This document shows positions 48,313 to 56,904 of a DNA stretch of 64,000 nucleotides, piece after piece. The position numbers and the translations under genes were made by a program. Source of the stretch: an uncultured Alphaproteobacteria bacterium. Its GTDB lineage: Bacteria; Pseudomonadota; Alphaproteobacteria; Rhizobiales; Xanthobacteraceae. The stretch lies in assembly GCA_963841105.1 (NCBI GenBank), contig CAWJCB010000030.1:165325-229324 (forward strand), written 5' to 3'. Numbering within the stretch: the first letter of the stretch is position 1; the number at the start of each line of letters is the position of its first letter. The notes beneath the pieces were generated by a model that was not told the DNA's origin, made no database searches, and worked only from the letters and a program-made list of their open reading frames with translations.

Positions 48313-49116
48313 GTGCCGAATTCAGCTACCGTAGCCCAATACCTGCCGTTTCTGCGGCGTTATGCACGCGCGCTCACCGGCAACCAAGCTTCAGGTGACG
48401 CATATGTGGCCGCAACGTTAGAGGCCCTTATTGCTGACCGTACCATCATCGATGACGTACGCGGTCCCCGCGTCGCTCTCTATCGCCTATTCACTAAGAT
48501 ATGGGGTTCGATCCCCGTAAACGACACCCGAGGCTCGATCGAAGGGACATTGCCCGGCGAGCAAAGGTTGGGCCATATCACTCCGCTGCCGCGTCAGGCA
48601 TTTCTTCTCGTCGCACTTGAGGGCTTCTCCGAGCCGGATGCTGCGCACATCCTGGACATCGACGTGATGAAATTGCGCGGTTTGGTCGAGGAGTCCGGAC
48701 GAGAGCTTGCGGCCGAGATCGCCACCGACGTTCTCATTATCGAGGATGATACATTCATCGCCATGGAGCTCGAAACTCTGGTCGAAGGTCTTGGACATCG
48801 AGTTCTCGGGGTCGCACGTACCCACGCGGAGGCACTGGCACTTACCAAGAATAAGCGACCGGGGCTGATCCTCGCGGATATCCAGCTCGCCGACGGCAGC
48901 TCTGGGCTTGAAGCGGTCAACGAACTGCTTGCCTCTTTCGCAGCTCCCGTGATTTTCATCACGGCCTACCCGGAGCGCTTCCTCACCGGCGAACGGCCCG
49001 AACCCGCTTTTTTGATCGCAAAGCCTTTCCAACCGGCAACCGTCTCTGCGGTCGCAAGCCAAGCGCTCTTCTTCGAACGCAGCGCCAAAAAGCGCGAGCG
49101 CCGCGTCACTGTCTGA
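48313..49116 (+). CDS. phyR: anti-anti-sigma response regulator PhyR
   Basis: GTG at 48313 with GGGAGGGA RBS. Sigma-like domain (VAQYLPFLRRYARALTGNQASGD) plus REC (VLIIEDDTFIAMELE, LILADIQLADGSSGLEAV). 267 aa. Confidence 0.9.
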   Translation: MPNSATVAQYLPFLRRYARALTGNQASGDAYVAATLEALIADRTIIDDVRGPRVALYRLFTKIWGSIPVNDTRGSIEGTLPGEQRLGHITPLPRQAFLLVALEGFSEPDAAHILDIDVMKLRGLVEESGRELAAEIATDVLIIEDDTFIAMELETLVEGLGHRVLGVARTHAEALALTKNKRPGLILADIQLADGSSGLEAVNELLASFAAPVIFITAYPERFLTGERPEPAFLIAKPFQPATVSAVASQALFFERSAKKRERRVTV

Positions 49117-49120
49117 CCGG

Positions 49121-49150
49121 CGAAAGGGCCCCGCCAAACAAGCCCTTTCG
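49121..49150. terminator. hairpin between convergent phyR and DUF883 genes
   Basis: CGAAAGGGC (49121-49129) pairs with GCCCTTTCG (49142-49150). Confidence 0.4.
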
Positions 49151-49154
49151 GGGC

Positions 49155-49499
49155 TCACGAACGGCGGTGGAGCGATAGTCCTACCAGAATCCCTACCCCC
49201 GCTGCTACGGCGAGCATCATCAACGGCCGGTTCTCAATTTCAGCGGATACACGCCGCAAAGCCTGGTCACCCATCTTCGCCGCCTCGGAGCCGACCGAGC
49301 TCGAAGTCCCACGAAATCGCTCGGCGATGCTGCTCAAGGAAGAGGCAATCGCTTCGCCTATCCCTTCGGCGGCGAAAGCCGCGCCTGCGGAAGTGCGACT
49401 GCCGACACGTTGCAGCTGGCCTTCCAGCGCGCGTAAGCGCCGTTCAATCTCTCGTAGATTGGAAGAGATGGCGGGCGGATATGGCGACCGGCGAAACAT
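49155..49499 (-). CDS. DUF883 (ElaB/YqjD-like) membrane-anchored stress protein
   Basis: Helical N-terminal part and a C-terminal anchor NRPLMMLAVAAGVGILVGLSLHRR. 114 aa. Confidence 0.75.
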   Translation of the reverse strand: MFRRSPYPPAISSNLREIERRLRALEGQLQRVGSRTSAGAAFAAEGIGEAIASSLSSIAERFRGTSSSVGSEAAKMGDQALRRVSAEIENRPLMMLAVAAGVGILVGLSLHRRS

Positions 49500-49874
49500 C
49501 GAGAATCGATCCCTTAACTATTGCGCACCGGAGAACGGACACCAAAGAATAATCCCACGCGGGCCGAAAAGACACGGGCGTAGCCGACGATAGCGTCAAC
49601 TACGCCCGAGACACCGGCCGAGCACGGGGAGGGGGAAATGGGCGGCCGGCTGCCACAATAATGCGGATACCCTCAGACTGGTTCCACAAAAAGCCCGACT
49701 GGCGAATCACCTCAGGCCGCCAGCAACCAGCGCCACTGGCCAAGCCCCACCCGCCGCCTCCCGAACCCTAGCGCAAGCGCGTTCGTTGCCCACGCGCCGA
49801 AATCCCCATAGCGCCGCTGAACCTCACGCACGGTTAAAGCGACTAATAGGCACAGGGATCGTGGGAGCAACCCT

Positions 49875-50204
49875 ATGTTGCGGCAATCTCGATACATTGT
49901 AGCCTTTTGTGGCGCGGCCTTTGGCCTCGCATCCTTCTTGATCGGACTTGAAGTCTCGGCGACCACCGCAGCGACTTCGATGGGCCAAACGCCAGCTGGC
50001 ATGGCAAGCGTCAATCGCACGCTCAAGGGTGATCGCTTGCCGCAGTTGCCAAGCAAGAGCCGCAATGCGGTCAACGGCCCCACGCAAATAAAGGCCCCCG
50101 GGGCCAATATACCAAAGCCGGAATTACTTGAGGGGTGTGAGCCGATCGTGAGTGCGATCGGTCAGCCGCCGCTCGCTCGCGTAGCGGGGCGGTGCCTGTC
50201 CTGA
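49875..50204 (+). CDS. small secreted hypothetical protein (KGDRL ... GCEP ... GRCLS type)
   Basis: Signal/TM segment (YIVAFCGAAFGLASFLIGL), VNRTLKGDRLP and a C-terminal LEGCEPIVS...LARVAGRCLS. I recall this pattern as multicopy in Bradyrhizobiaceae. Confidence 0.55.
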   Translation: MLRQSRYIVAFCGAAFGLASFLIGLEVSATTAATSMGQTPAGMASVNRTLKGDRLPQLPSKSRNAVNGPTQIKAPGANIPKPELLEGCEPIVSAIGQPPLARVAGRCLS

Positions 50205-50247
50205 GAAGCGCGGCGCCCGCTCAACACTCGCATCTACCTACACGCCG

Positions 50248-50384
50248 GCTAAAACCGTCCCATCAGAACCAGGATGAGTAGCCCGGATTGAGCGACAGCG
50301 AAATCCGGGACGGCGGAGGCGCGCCAAAACCTGGATTTCGTTGCACTCAGTCCGGGCTACAACTGCTAAAAACGTCCCGTCAGA
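50248..50384. repeat. REP pair flanked by a 20-bp direct repeat
   Basis: GCTAAAACCGTCCCATCAGA (50248-50267) and GCTAAAAACGTCCCGTCAGA (50365-50384), 18/20 identical. They flank inverted REP units at 50278-50309 and 50330-50360. Confidence 0.75.
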
Positions 50385-50604
50385 TTTTGCAGCTGGCCGC
50401 GCCCCTGAGCGCCGCGCGCGCTTCGCTTCTCGACTTATAGGAAGTGCTGCCGTTGACGATCACCACCGTTTTTCCCTTAGGCTTTTTTGGCAGGACTGAG
50501 CATTTGAGCGTCTTGGTGTTCTGAACGAGATAGTAGTGACGCGCCCAGGCTGGAGAAGCCAATCCTGTGACAAGGGCGCAGGCGATGAGGAACTGTGCCT
50601 TCAT
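50380..50604 (-). CDS. small secreted hypothetical protein (74 aa, two Cys)
   Basis: Signal peptide MKAQFLIACALVTGLASPAWA. Lies 10 nt downstream of the kup stop. No known domain. Confidence 0.5.
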   Translation of the reverse strand: MKAQFLIACALVTGLASPAWARHYYLVQNTKTLKCSVLPKKPKGKTVVIVNGSTSYKSRSEARAALRGAASCKI

Positions 50605-50614
50605 ATGCGAGCCC

Positions 50615-52528
50615 TCAGATTTCGATTTCTATCCCAATCTCGACCACCTGCGCGGCCGGAATGGAGAAATAGGCGGCAGACCTTTCGGCGTTGCGCTGCA
50701 TGAAGGCATAAAGCGCCTCGCGCCAGACCCACATACCAGGAATACGCTCGGTCGGGATGATTGTCTCGCGGCCGATGAAATACGACACCAGGGGCGGGCT
50801 TCCGCAGCTGAGCTCCGCTTGTTCGTGCGCATAACGGACCCCCTCGGCGATGGAAGGGCTTTCGGTGAAGCCGAAATGCAGGATGACCCGTGTGAGCCCG
50901 GCGCAAAGGTCATGAACATGCACGCGGGCCTCGTCGCGCACCCGCGGCTCCTCCGATGTCAGCACGGTGACGAGCAGCACGTGCTCGTGCAGCGCGTAAA
51001 TGTGCTTGAGATGGTGCGTGAGGGCGAGCGGGATGCCGCGGGTAGCTGCGGAGAGGAACGCCGCCGTGCCGGGCACGCGAGCCGGCGGGTGCTCGGTCAG
51101 CTTGGCGACGAATTCGTGCTCGCTCTCTCTCATCTTCAAACGAGCCGCCTCGGAGAACCTCTGTCCCCGACGCCATGTCAGCATCAGGAATGCAATCGAG
51201 GCGGCAAGCAGCAGTGGAAACCAACCGCCCTCGAACACCTTCATCAGATTGGCGGCGAAGAACACAAGGTCGATGACGAGGAACGAGCCATTGACGGCAA
51301 GAACCAGAGCCGGATTGAAGCCCCATTGGATCGCGACCAGGGCGGCCAGGAAGGTGGTGATCGCCATGAGGAGCGATACGGCTATTCCATAGGCGCCCGC
51401 CAGGTTGTCCGACGAGCCGAACGCAATGACCGCCCCCAAAGTTGCAACCGCGAGCGTCCAATTCACGAGTGGAACGTAGATTTGTCCGCGCTCATGCGCG
51501 GCCGTGTGCAGCACATTCAGGCGCGGCAAAAAGCCGAGCTGGATCGACTGCTGCGTGAGCGAGAACGCTCCTGAAATGATCGCTTGGGAAGCAATCACCG
51601 TCGCAACAGTAGCGAATGCGACGAGGATGTAGTGGAACCAGTCGGGCGCAAGCTGAAAGAATGGATTCTCCAACGTTCGTGGATCGGCCAGCAGCAAGGC
51701 CCCCTGTCCGAAATAGTTGAGAAACAGGCCCGGCAGCACGATTGCAAACCACGCCAAGCGGATCGGCGCCCGGCCGAAATGCCCCATGTCCGCGTACAAC
51801 GCCTCGCCCCCGGTGACGGCAAGGAAAGTGGCGCCGAGAACAGCAAAGGCCACGAGAGGGGGTGCATGCAACAGGAAATCGAGCGCATACATTGGATTGA
51901 ATGCGGCCAGGATGCCGGGCGCCAGCAGGATTCCGCGCACGCCCAGAATCCCGATTGTGACGAACCAGACGAGCATGATGGGACCGAAGATTCCGCCGAT
52001 GAATCCGGTCCCCCTTCGCTGCACGAAAAAAAGCGCGATCAGAATCGCAACCGTGAGCGGAACCACGACGGGCGCCAGCCCTGGAGCATCCACTTTAAGA
52101 CCTTCCACCGCGCTCAGCACTGAAATCGCCGGCGTGATTGCTCCGTCGCCATAAAGGAGCGCCGCCCCCACGAGCCCAAGAATCAGCGTGGCTGCCCGCC
52201 AAGTGCGCGCTCGCGCATGTCGCACGCGCAGGATGGCGAGAAGGGCGACGATGCCCCCCTCGCCGCGGTTGTCGGCACGCAGAATGAGAACCGCGTATTT
52301 GAGCGAGATGATGACAATCAGAGCCCAGATGATGAGCGAAACCACACCGAGAACGGCGTCCTGCACCAATGAACCAGTGGCGTTCGCCGCTTTGACCGCC
52401 TCACGCAAGGCGTAAAGCGGACTTGTCCCGATGTCGCCATAAACCACGCCGAGCGCACCCACGCTCGCGGTCGTGGGCAGCGCGCGCAATCGTGCAGCCG
52501 CTCCTGGCAGAGAGATCGTCGCCGGCAC
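50615..52528 (-). CDS. kup: potassium uptake transporter Kup
   Basis: GVVYGDIGTSPLY, about 12 TM helices, cytoplasmic C-terminal domain. 637 aa. Confidence 0.95.
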   Translation of the reverse strand: MPATISLPGAAARLRALPTTASVGALGVVYGDIGTSPLYALREAVKAANATGSLVQDAVLGVVSLIIWALIVIISLKYAVLILRADNRGEGGIVALLAILRVRHARARTWRAATLILGLVGAALLYGDGAITPAISVLSAVEGLKVDAPGLAPVVVPLTVAILIALFFVQRRGTGFIGGIFGPIMLVWFVTIGILGVRGILLAPGILAAFNPMYALDFLLHAPPLVAFAVLGATFLAVTGGEALYADMGHFGRAPIRLAWFAIVLPGLFLNYFGQGALLLADPRTLENPFFQLAPDWFHYILVAFATVATVIASQAIISGAFSLTQQSIQLGFLPRLNVLHTAAHERGQIYVPLVNWTLAVATLGAVIAFGSSDNLAGAYGIAVSLLMAITTFLAALVAIQWGFNPALVLAVNGSFLVIDLVFFAANLMKVFEGGWFPLLLAASIAFLMLTWRRGQRFSEAARLKMRESEHEFVAKLTEHPPARVPGTAAFLSAATRGIPLALTHHLKHIYALHEHVLLVTVLTSEEPRVRDEARVHVHDLCAGLTRVILHFGFTESPSIAEGVRYAHEQAELSCGSPPLVSYFIGRETIIPTERIPGMWVWREALYAFMQRNAERSAAYFSIPAAQVVEIGIEIEI

Positions 52529-52734
52529 GCAAATCCGTGGTTGGATGCACCAGCCTCGCAGTCTAATGCGGTGGATTTGAAGTTCCTATCATTTGTTGCC
52601 GCAACCTCGTGCAGGAAGTTCAGAGCCGGCCCACCCCTGTTGTTATGCCCCGCGCATGCAGGCATCCAGTAGCCTCGACTGTTCGGTTGAATCTCGCCGA
52701 CCGACCAGCAAGTGTATCCTTGACAACGAGGGGT

Positions 52735-52761
52735 GGTCGCCCGCCTGAAGCGGGCGATGAC
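52735..52761. repeat. REP unit, same family as 10636-10663
   Basis: GGTCGCCCGCCTGAAGCGGGCGATGAC is the reverse complement of a near-copy of GTCATCGCCCGCTTGAGGCGGGCGATCC. Confidence 0.65.
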
Positions 52762-52803
52762 ACAGCACAGAGCGCAACATAGATCGGAAATCTGGAAGAC
52801 CGA

Positions 52804-54582
52804 ATGAAGCCGATCATCGATCCGCGGCGCGGCGACATCGAGGATGATGCCTCGAGCACCAAGCGCCGCTCGCTGCTTTCGCTCGCCGGCACGCTCCTTT
52901 CGGAAATCAGCCTGCCCAAGCTGGTAATGGCCTGGATGCTGATGCTCATTGGTCCGTGTCTGCTGCTCGGACTATCGCCGCTGATTGCATCTGCCTGGGT
53001 CGCCAAGATTTCCGGGAACGTTGCGTCTCCTTATCTTGGGCTCTGGCCGATGTTCCTGCTTGTCCTACTGCTCGCGATCGGCTGGTTTGGGGGAAGGCCC
53101 CTGCTCCGTCTCGTGGAGCGCAGCTTCTGGACGTTGAACTCTCTCGTTATCGAGCCTAGCTATGCGGCCACCCGCGAGGGGCTGCAACAACTTGTGGAGC
53201 AGCTCCTTCCGGAACGGACGGCTAAGACCCGCCGGAGCAGAATACGCGCCGCGACCGCCGCCGCCGCCGGAATCCTTATCTGCGCTCTTGCCCTGCTGAC
53301 GCTGATGCTTGCCTGGCCGGGCTCGCGCTGGATCGGCGCCATCTCGGATCTGGCTTCGCCGCTCCACCTCGCGCCGATAGCTCTCTCCAACGGTGTCGTG
53401 CTGCTGGCCGTCTATCTCGCGGTCATCGCGCTCGTTTGGGCACTCGGCGACGCGACCATGTCCCAGCCGCGCGATTTCCATGCTTTTTACACCGCTCCTG
53501 AGACAGGTCGCCGATGGCGCGTGGCTCATTTGTCCGATCTCCACGTCGTCGGCGAGCGTTACGGCTTTCGCATCGAGAGCGGCCGATCAGGCCCGCGTGG
53601 CAACGAGCGTCTCAAGCAGGTGCTCGGCGGACTGGCTGCCCTTCACGGCAATAATCCGCTCGACGCGATTTTCATCACCGGCGACATGACCGATGCCGGG
53701 CGCTCTGCCGAATGGGCCGAGTTCCTGGACGCGCTAGCACTCTATCCGGGACTGGCCGAACGCATCCTCGTCCTTCCGGGCAACCACGATCTCAATGTCG
53801 TTGATCGCGCCAATCCGGCACGGCTGGACCTGCCGACAAGCCCAAGCAAGCGGCTTCGCCAGATTCGGACGCTGTCCGTGATGGATCAACTGCAGGGCCG
53901 CCGCGTTCGGGTCGTGGACCATGCGGCGGCGCGCCTCGGCGGGACGCTTGCAGACGTGCTGGAGCCGCACCGCGCCCAGATCGCCGAATTCGCCGACGCC
54001 GCGCCATTGCTGCTTTCCATGCGGCTGGCTGACTTATGGGCCAAGATCTTTCCGTTGGTGCTTGCGCCGGAATCGGACGACGGGCTGGGAATCATGCTGT
54101 TGAACTCAAACGCCGAAACGCATTTTTCGTTCACCAATGCACTCGGATTGATCTCGGCCGAGCAGGTGAAAGGGATCGAGATCGTTGCGAAGCAATACCC
54201 GCGAGCCTGCTGGCTCATCGCTCTCCATCATCATCCCGTCGAATATCCTCGCCCGGCGAAAGCATTTTCAGAGCGCATCGGCACCGCACTTATCAATGGC
54301 AGCTGGTTTCTTCGTCGCATGCATCCCTTGGCTGGACGCTCGGCTCTGATGCACGGTCATCGCCATATCGACTGGATCGGAGAATGCGCCGGGCTTCTGA
54401 TAATATCAGCCCCCTCCCCGGTGATGAGCGCGCCCGATGACCTCGCGTCGTATTTCTACATCCAAACATTTGCAGTGGGGCCGCACGGGCGGCTGCGACT
54501 GCTTCCACCGGAGCGGATCACCGTCAAGGGGACGCCTTCCGGCGACGTGCAAGTCGTAGTTGGTAGCGCCCGCAGACGTTGA
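52804..54582 (+). CDS. metallophosphoesterase with N-terminal polytopic membrane domain
   Basis: About 230 aa with five or six TM helices, then the calcineurin-like motifs HLSDLHV, TGDMTDAG, PGNHD and HHHP. 592 aa. Confidence 0.8.
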   Translation: MKPIIDPRRGDIEDDASSTKRRSLLSLAGTLLSEISLPKLVMAWMLMLIGPCLLLGLSPLIASAWVAKISGNVASPYLGLWPMFLLVLLLAIGWFGGRPLLRLVERSFWTLNSLVIEPSYAATREGLQQLVEQLLPERTAKTRRSRIRAATAAAAGILICALALLTLMLAWPGSRWIGAISDLASPLHLAPIALSNGVVLLAVYLAVIALVWALGDATMSQPRDFHAFYTAPETGRRWRVAHLSDLHVVGERYGFRIESGRSGPRGNERLKQVLGGLAALHGNNPLDAIFITGDMTDAGRSAEWAEFLDALALYPGLAERILVLPGNHDLNVVDRANPARLDLPTSPSKRLRQIRTLSVMDQLQGRRVRVVDHAAARLGGTLADVLEPHRAQIAEFADAAPLLLSMRLADLWAKIFPLVLAPESDDGLGIMLLNSNAETHFSFTNALGLISAEQVKGIEIVAKQYPRACWLIALHHHPVEYPRPAKAFSERIGTALINGSWFLRRMHPLAGRSALMHGHRHIDWIGECAGLLIISAPSPVMSAPDDLASYFYIQTFAVGPHGRLRLLPPERITVKGTPSGDVQVVVGSARRR

Positions 54583-54633
54583 ACGCATCGCGAAGATTGA
54601 CTGGCCGGGCCGTGTCCACCTGTGACGGCAATA

Positions 54634-54652
54634 CCCGGATGTCGCTTCGCTC
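54634..54652. repeat. half REP unit (CCCGGATGTCGCTTCGCTC)
   Basis: Identical to the core of the unit at 33741-33759 but lacks the second arm. Confidence 0.5.
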
Positions 54653-54669
54653 GCCATCGTGGGCGTACG

Positions 54670-55737
54670 TTACGACTTTGCGGTCGGCGCCTTCCTCAGC
54701 GTGAGGACATTGTTGCTGCTCGCGGAATCTGAAAGCAGCACCGCTATCCAGCGACTCGACGCGTACTGCGCGCATATCGTGAGCAACGCAATCGTTATGG
54801 GCACGCCGATGAAGGCTCCGGGAATACCCCAGAGAAAGCTCCAGAAGAACACGGCAAACAGCACGAGGAATGGAGAGATTGCCAGAGTGGCGCCGGCCAG
54901 CAACGGCTCGAGATAACTGCCGATCAAGAACTGGATGACGCTCAGTCCGGCCAGGACGATCAACGTCATCTCTACCGACTCGAATTGTGCGGCGGCAAAA
55001 AGGGTGGTGAGAACAACCGCTACAAGCGGCCCGAGGAATGGAATGTAATTCAGAACGAACGATATCACGCCCCAGGCAATTGCGAGATCCAACCCGACAA
55101 GAAGCGCGAAGCAGAAAGTCACGAACCCGGTCAGAAGGCTCGCAACGCTTCGAATGAGCATGTACTTTCGGAACTGAACGGCTATACGCTCGGCAGCTTG
55201 CGACAATTGCAAATGCGGGTGCTGGCTTTCAAGCCTTCTGATTCTCATGCCAGCCTGGTCTACTTCCATGAGACCCAATATCGTGAACGCAAAAATGAGA
55301 AGAGCAAAACCAGTCATGGAGTTGAGTCTTGCCGCAACCTGCTGGGCGAAGCCTACAAGCCAAGCTACATCGAAGCGGTCGGCAAGCAGCGCGGTTGCAA
55401 AAATGCCGTGCCCCTCCAGCCATTCGTTCGTCTTGATGTAAATGAACTGAAAACGGTCGAGGTTGCGCAACAGCCATTGACCGACCTGGCTGCTGCCCCA
55501 GGCAACGGCGAGCGCAAGCAGGCTAAGGACAGCGAGCGTCAGGAGAAGCGTGAATACAAGTGCGATGAGCTTCGGCATTCTTGCCTGCAGTGCCCTTTGA
55601 AAGGGCCAGACAATCGCCATGGCGAAGATAGAGAAGGCAACCGGCGCGAAAATCGAGCGAGCCAAGTACAGCGCCGCGGCCACAAGAATAACCGCGCAGA
55701 GAGCGAGCATGCCGCGAATAGCCGTGTCTCCACTCAT
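54670..55737 (-). CDS. AI-2E family transporter (PerM/UPF0118)
   Basis: Eight TM helices. NYIPFLGP motif. 355 aa. Confidence 0.88.
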   Translation of the reverse strand: MSGDTAIRGMLALCAVILVAAALYLARSIFAPVAFSIFAMAIVWPFQRALQARMPKLIALVFTLLLTLAVLSLLALAVAWGSSQVGQWLLRNLDRFQFIYIKTNEWLEGHGIFATALLADRFDVAWLVGFAQQVAARLNSMTGFALLIFAFTILGLMEVDQAGMRIRRLESQHPHLQLSQAAERIAVQFRKYMLIRSVASLLTGFVTFCFALLVGLDLAIAWGVISFVLNYIPFLGPLVAVVLTTLFAAAQFESVEMTLIVLAGLSVIQFLIGSYLEPLLAGATLAISPFLVLFAVFFWSFLWGIPGAFIGVPITIALLTICAQYASSRWIAVLLSDSASSNNVLTLRKAPTAKS

Positions 55738-55845
55738 GTCCGAACCGCTCTAACCGCAACGCCGGCGCCCTTGGCTTTCTTGCACATTGGATCATAATCC
55801 CGTCGCAACCTTCCATTGCTCAAATGATCTTTAATATGAGGCAAG

Positions 55846-56904
55846 ATGTCCGACGCTCCTTCCGATGCCGCGGCCAAGCCTGATCATGATCCGATCCTGA
55901 TCGATCTTGCGCTGCAAGGCGGCGGCGCTCACGGCGCCTTCACCTGGGGTGTGTTGGATCGTCTGCTGGAAGAGCCAGAGCCGCAGCTGCGGATCGAAGG
56001 TATTTCAGGCACCTCCGCCGGCGCGATGAATGCTGCCGTGCTCGCGCACGGCCACGCGGCAAGTGGATACCAGGGCGCCAAAGCTGCGTTGGAGGATTTC
56101 TGGCAACGCGTTTCGCGTGCGGCCATGTTCAGTCCCTTCCGGCGAACGCCGCTGGATATCATGATGGGTCGATGGACGCTGGACAATTCGCCCATCTTTG
56201 TCGCCCTCGACCTCGCTGCCCGCGTTTTCTCGCCGTATGACCTCAACCCGCGCGGCGCCAATCCCATGCGCGACATCCTGGCCGAGTGCGTCGACTTTGC
56301 CCGCCTCGGGCAATCACCGATCCGTCTGTTCGTCACCGCCACCAACGTCCGTACCGGCCGCGGCCGCGTGTTTCGCAACGCCGAGATCACCCCGGAGGTG
56401 CTGCTCGCCTCGGCCTGCCTGCCGACAATGTTTCAGGCCATCGAGATTGACGGCGAGCCCTATTGGGACGGCGGTTACGTGGGCAACCCTACCATCACGC
56501 CGCTCGTGCGCGAGTGCGCGGCGAGCGATACGATCCTCATTCAGGTCAATCCGATCGAGCGGCCAGGCACGCCGCGTTCAGCTCGCGAGATCCTCGACCG
56601 GCTGAACGAAGTCTCCTTCAATTCGCCGCTGATGAAAGAGCTGCGACTGATTGCAGTCCTGCGCCAGGTCGCGAACGCGGGCGATTGCGAAGGGGCGCGC
56701 TGGGCGGGAATGCGCATCCATCGCATCGCCAGCGGTATGATGACCGAGCTTGGCTACTCATCGAAGCTCAATGCCGAGTGGGAGTTTTTTTGCATGTTGC
56801 GTGACGAAGGCCGCCGCTGCGCACAGGCATTTCTGAGTGCTCATAGGCACGATTTGGGCCGCCGCTCGACGTTGGATCTGGATTTCTTCTTGGAGAATGT
56901 CTGA
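55846..56904 (+). CDS. patatin-like phospholipase family protein
   Basis: Oxyanion GGGAHGAF, the nucleophile elbow GTSAGA and a DGG catalytic Asp (WDGGYV). 352 aa. Confidence 0.9.
   Translation: MSDAPSDAAAKPDHDPILIDLALQGGGAHGAFTWGVLDRLLEEPEPQLRIEGISGTSAGAMNAAVLAHGHAASGYQGAKAALEDFWQRVSRAAMFSPFRRTPLDIMMGRWTLDNSPIFVALDLAARVFSPYDLNPRGANPMRDILAECVDFARLGQSPIRLFVTATNVRTGRGRVFRNAEITPEVLLASACLPTMFQAIEIDGEPYWDGGYVGNPTITPLVRECAASDTILIQVNPIERPGTPRSAREILDRLNEVSFNSPLMKELRLIAVLRQVANAGDCEGARWAGMRIHRIASGMMTELGYSSKLNAEWEFFCMLRDEGRRCAQAFLSAHRHDLGRRSTLDLDFFLENV

Noticed and set aside
49661-49685. Candidate EcfG promoter for the DUF883 gene (minus strand GGAAC at 49681-49685)
   Set aside because: The -10 position reads GCAT/CATT rather than CGTT at either a 16- or 17-nt spacing, and it lies about 180 nt from the start codon.
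55846-56904. Patatin gene as an anti-phage (CBASS-type) effector
   Set aside because: No cyclase, E1/E2, TIR, STING or sensor genes are nearby. It is coupled to a metabolic-type permease instead.
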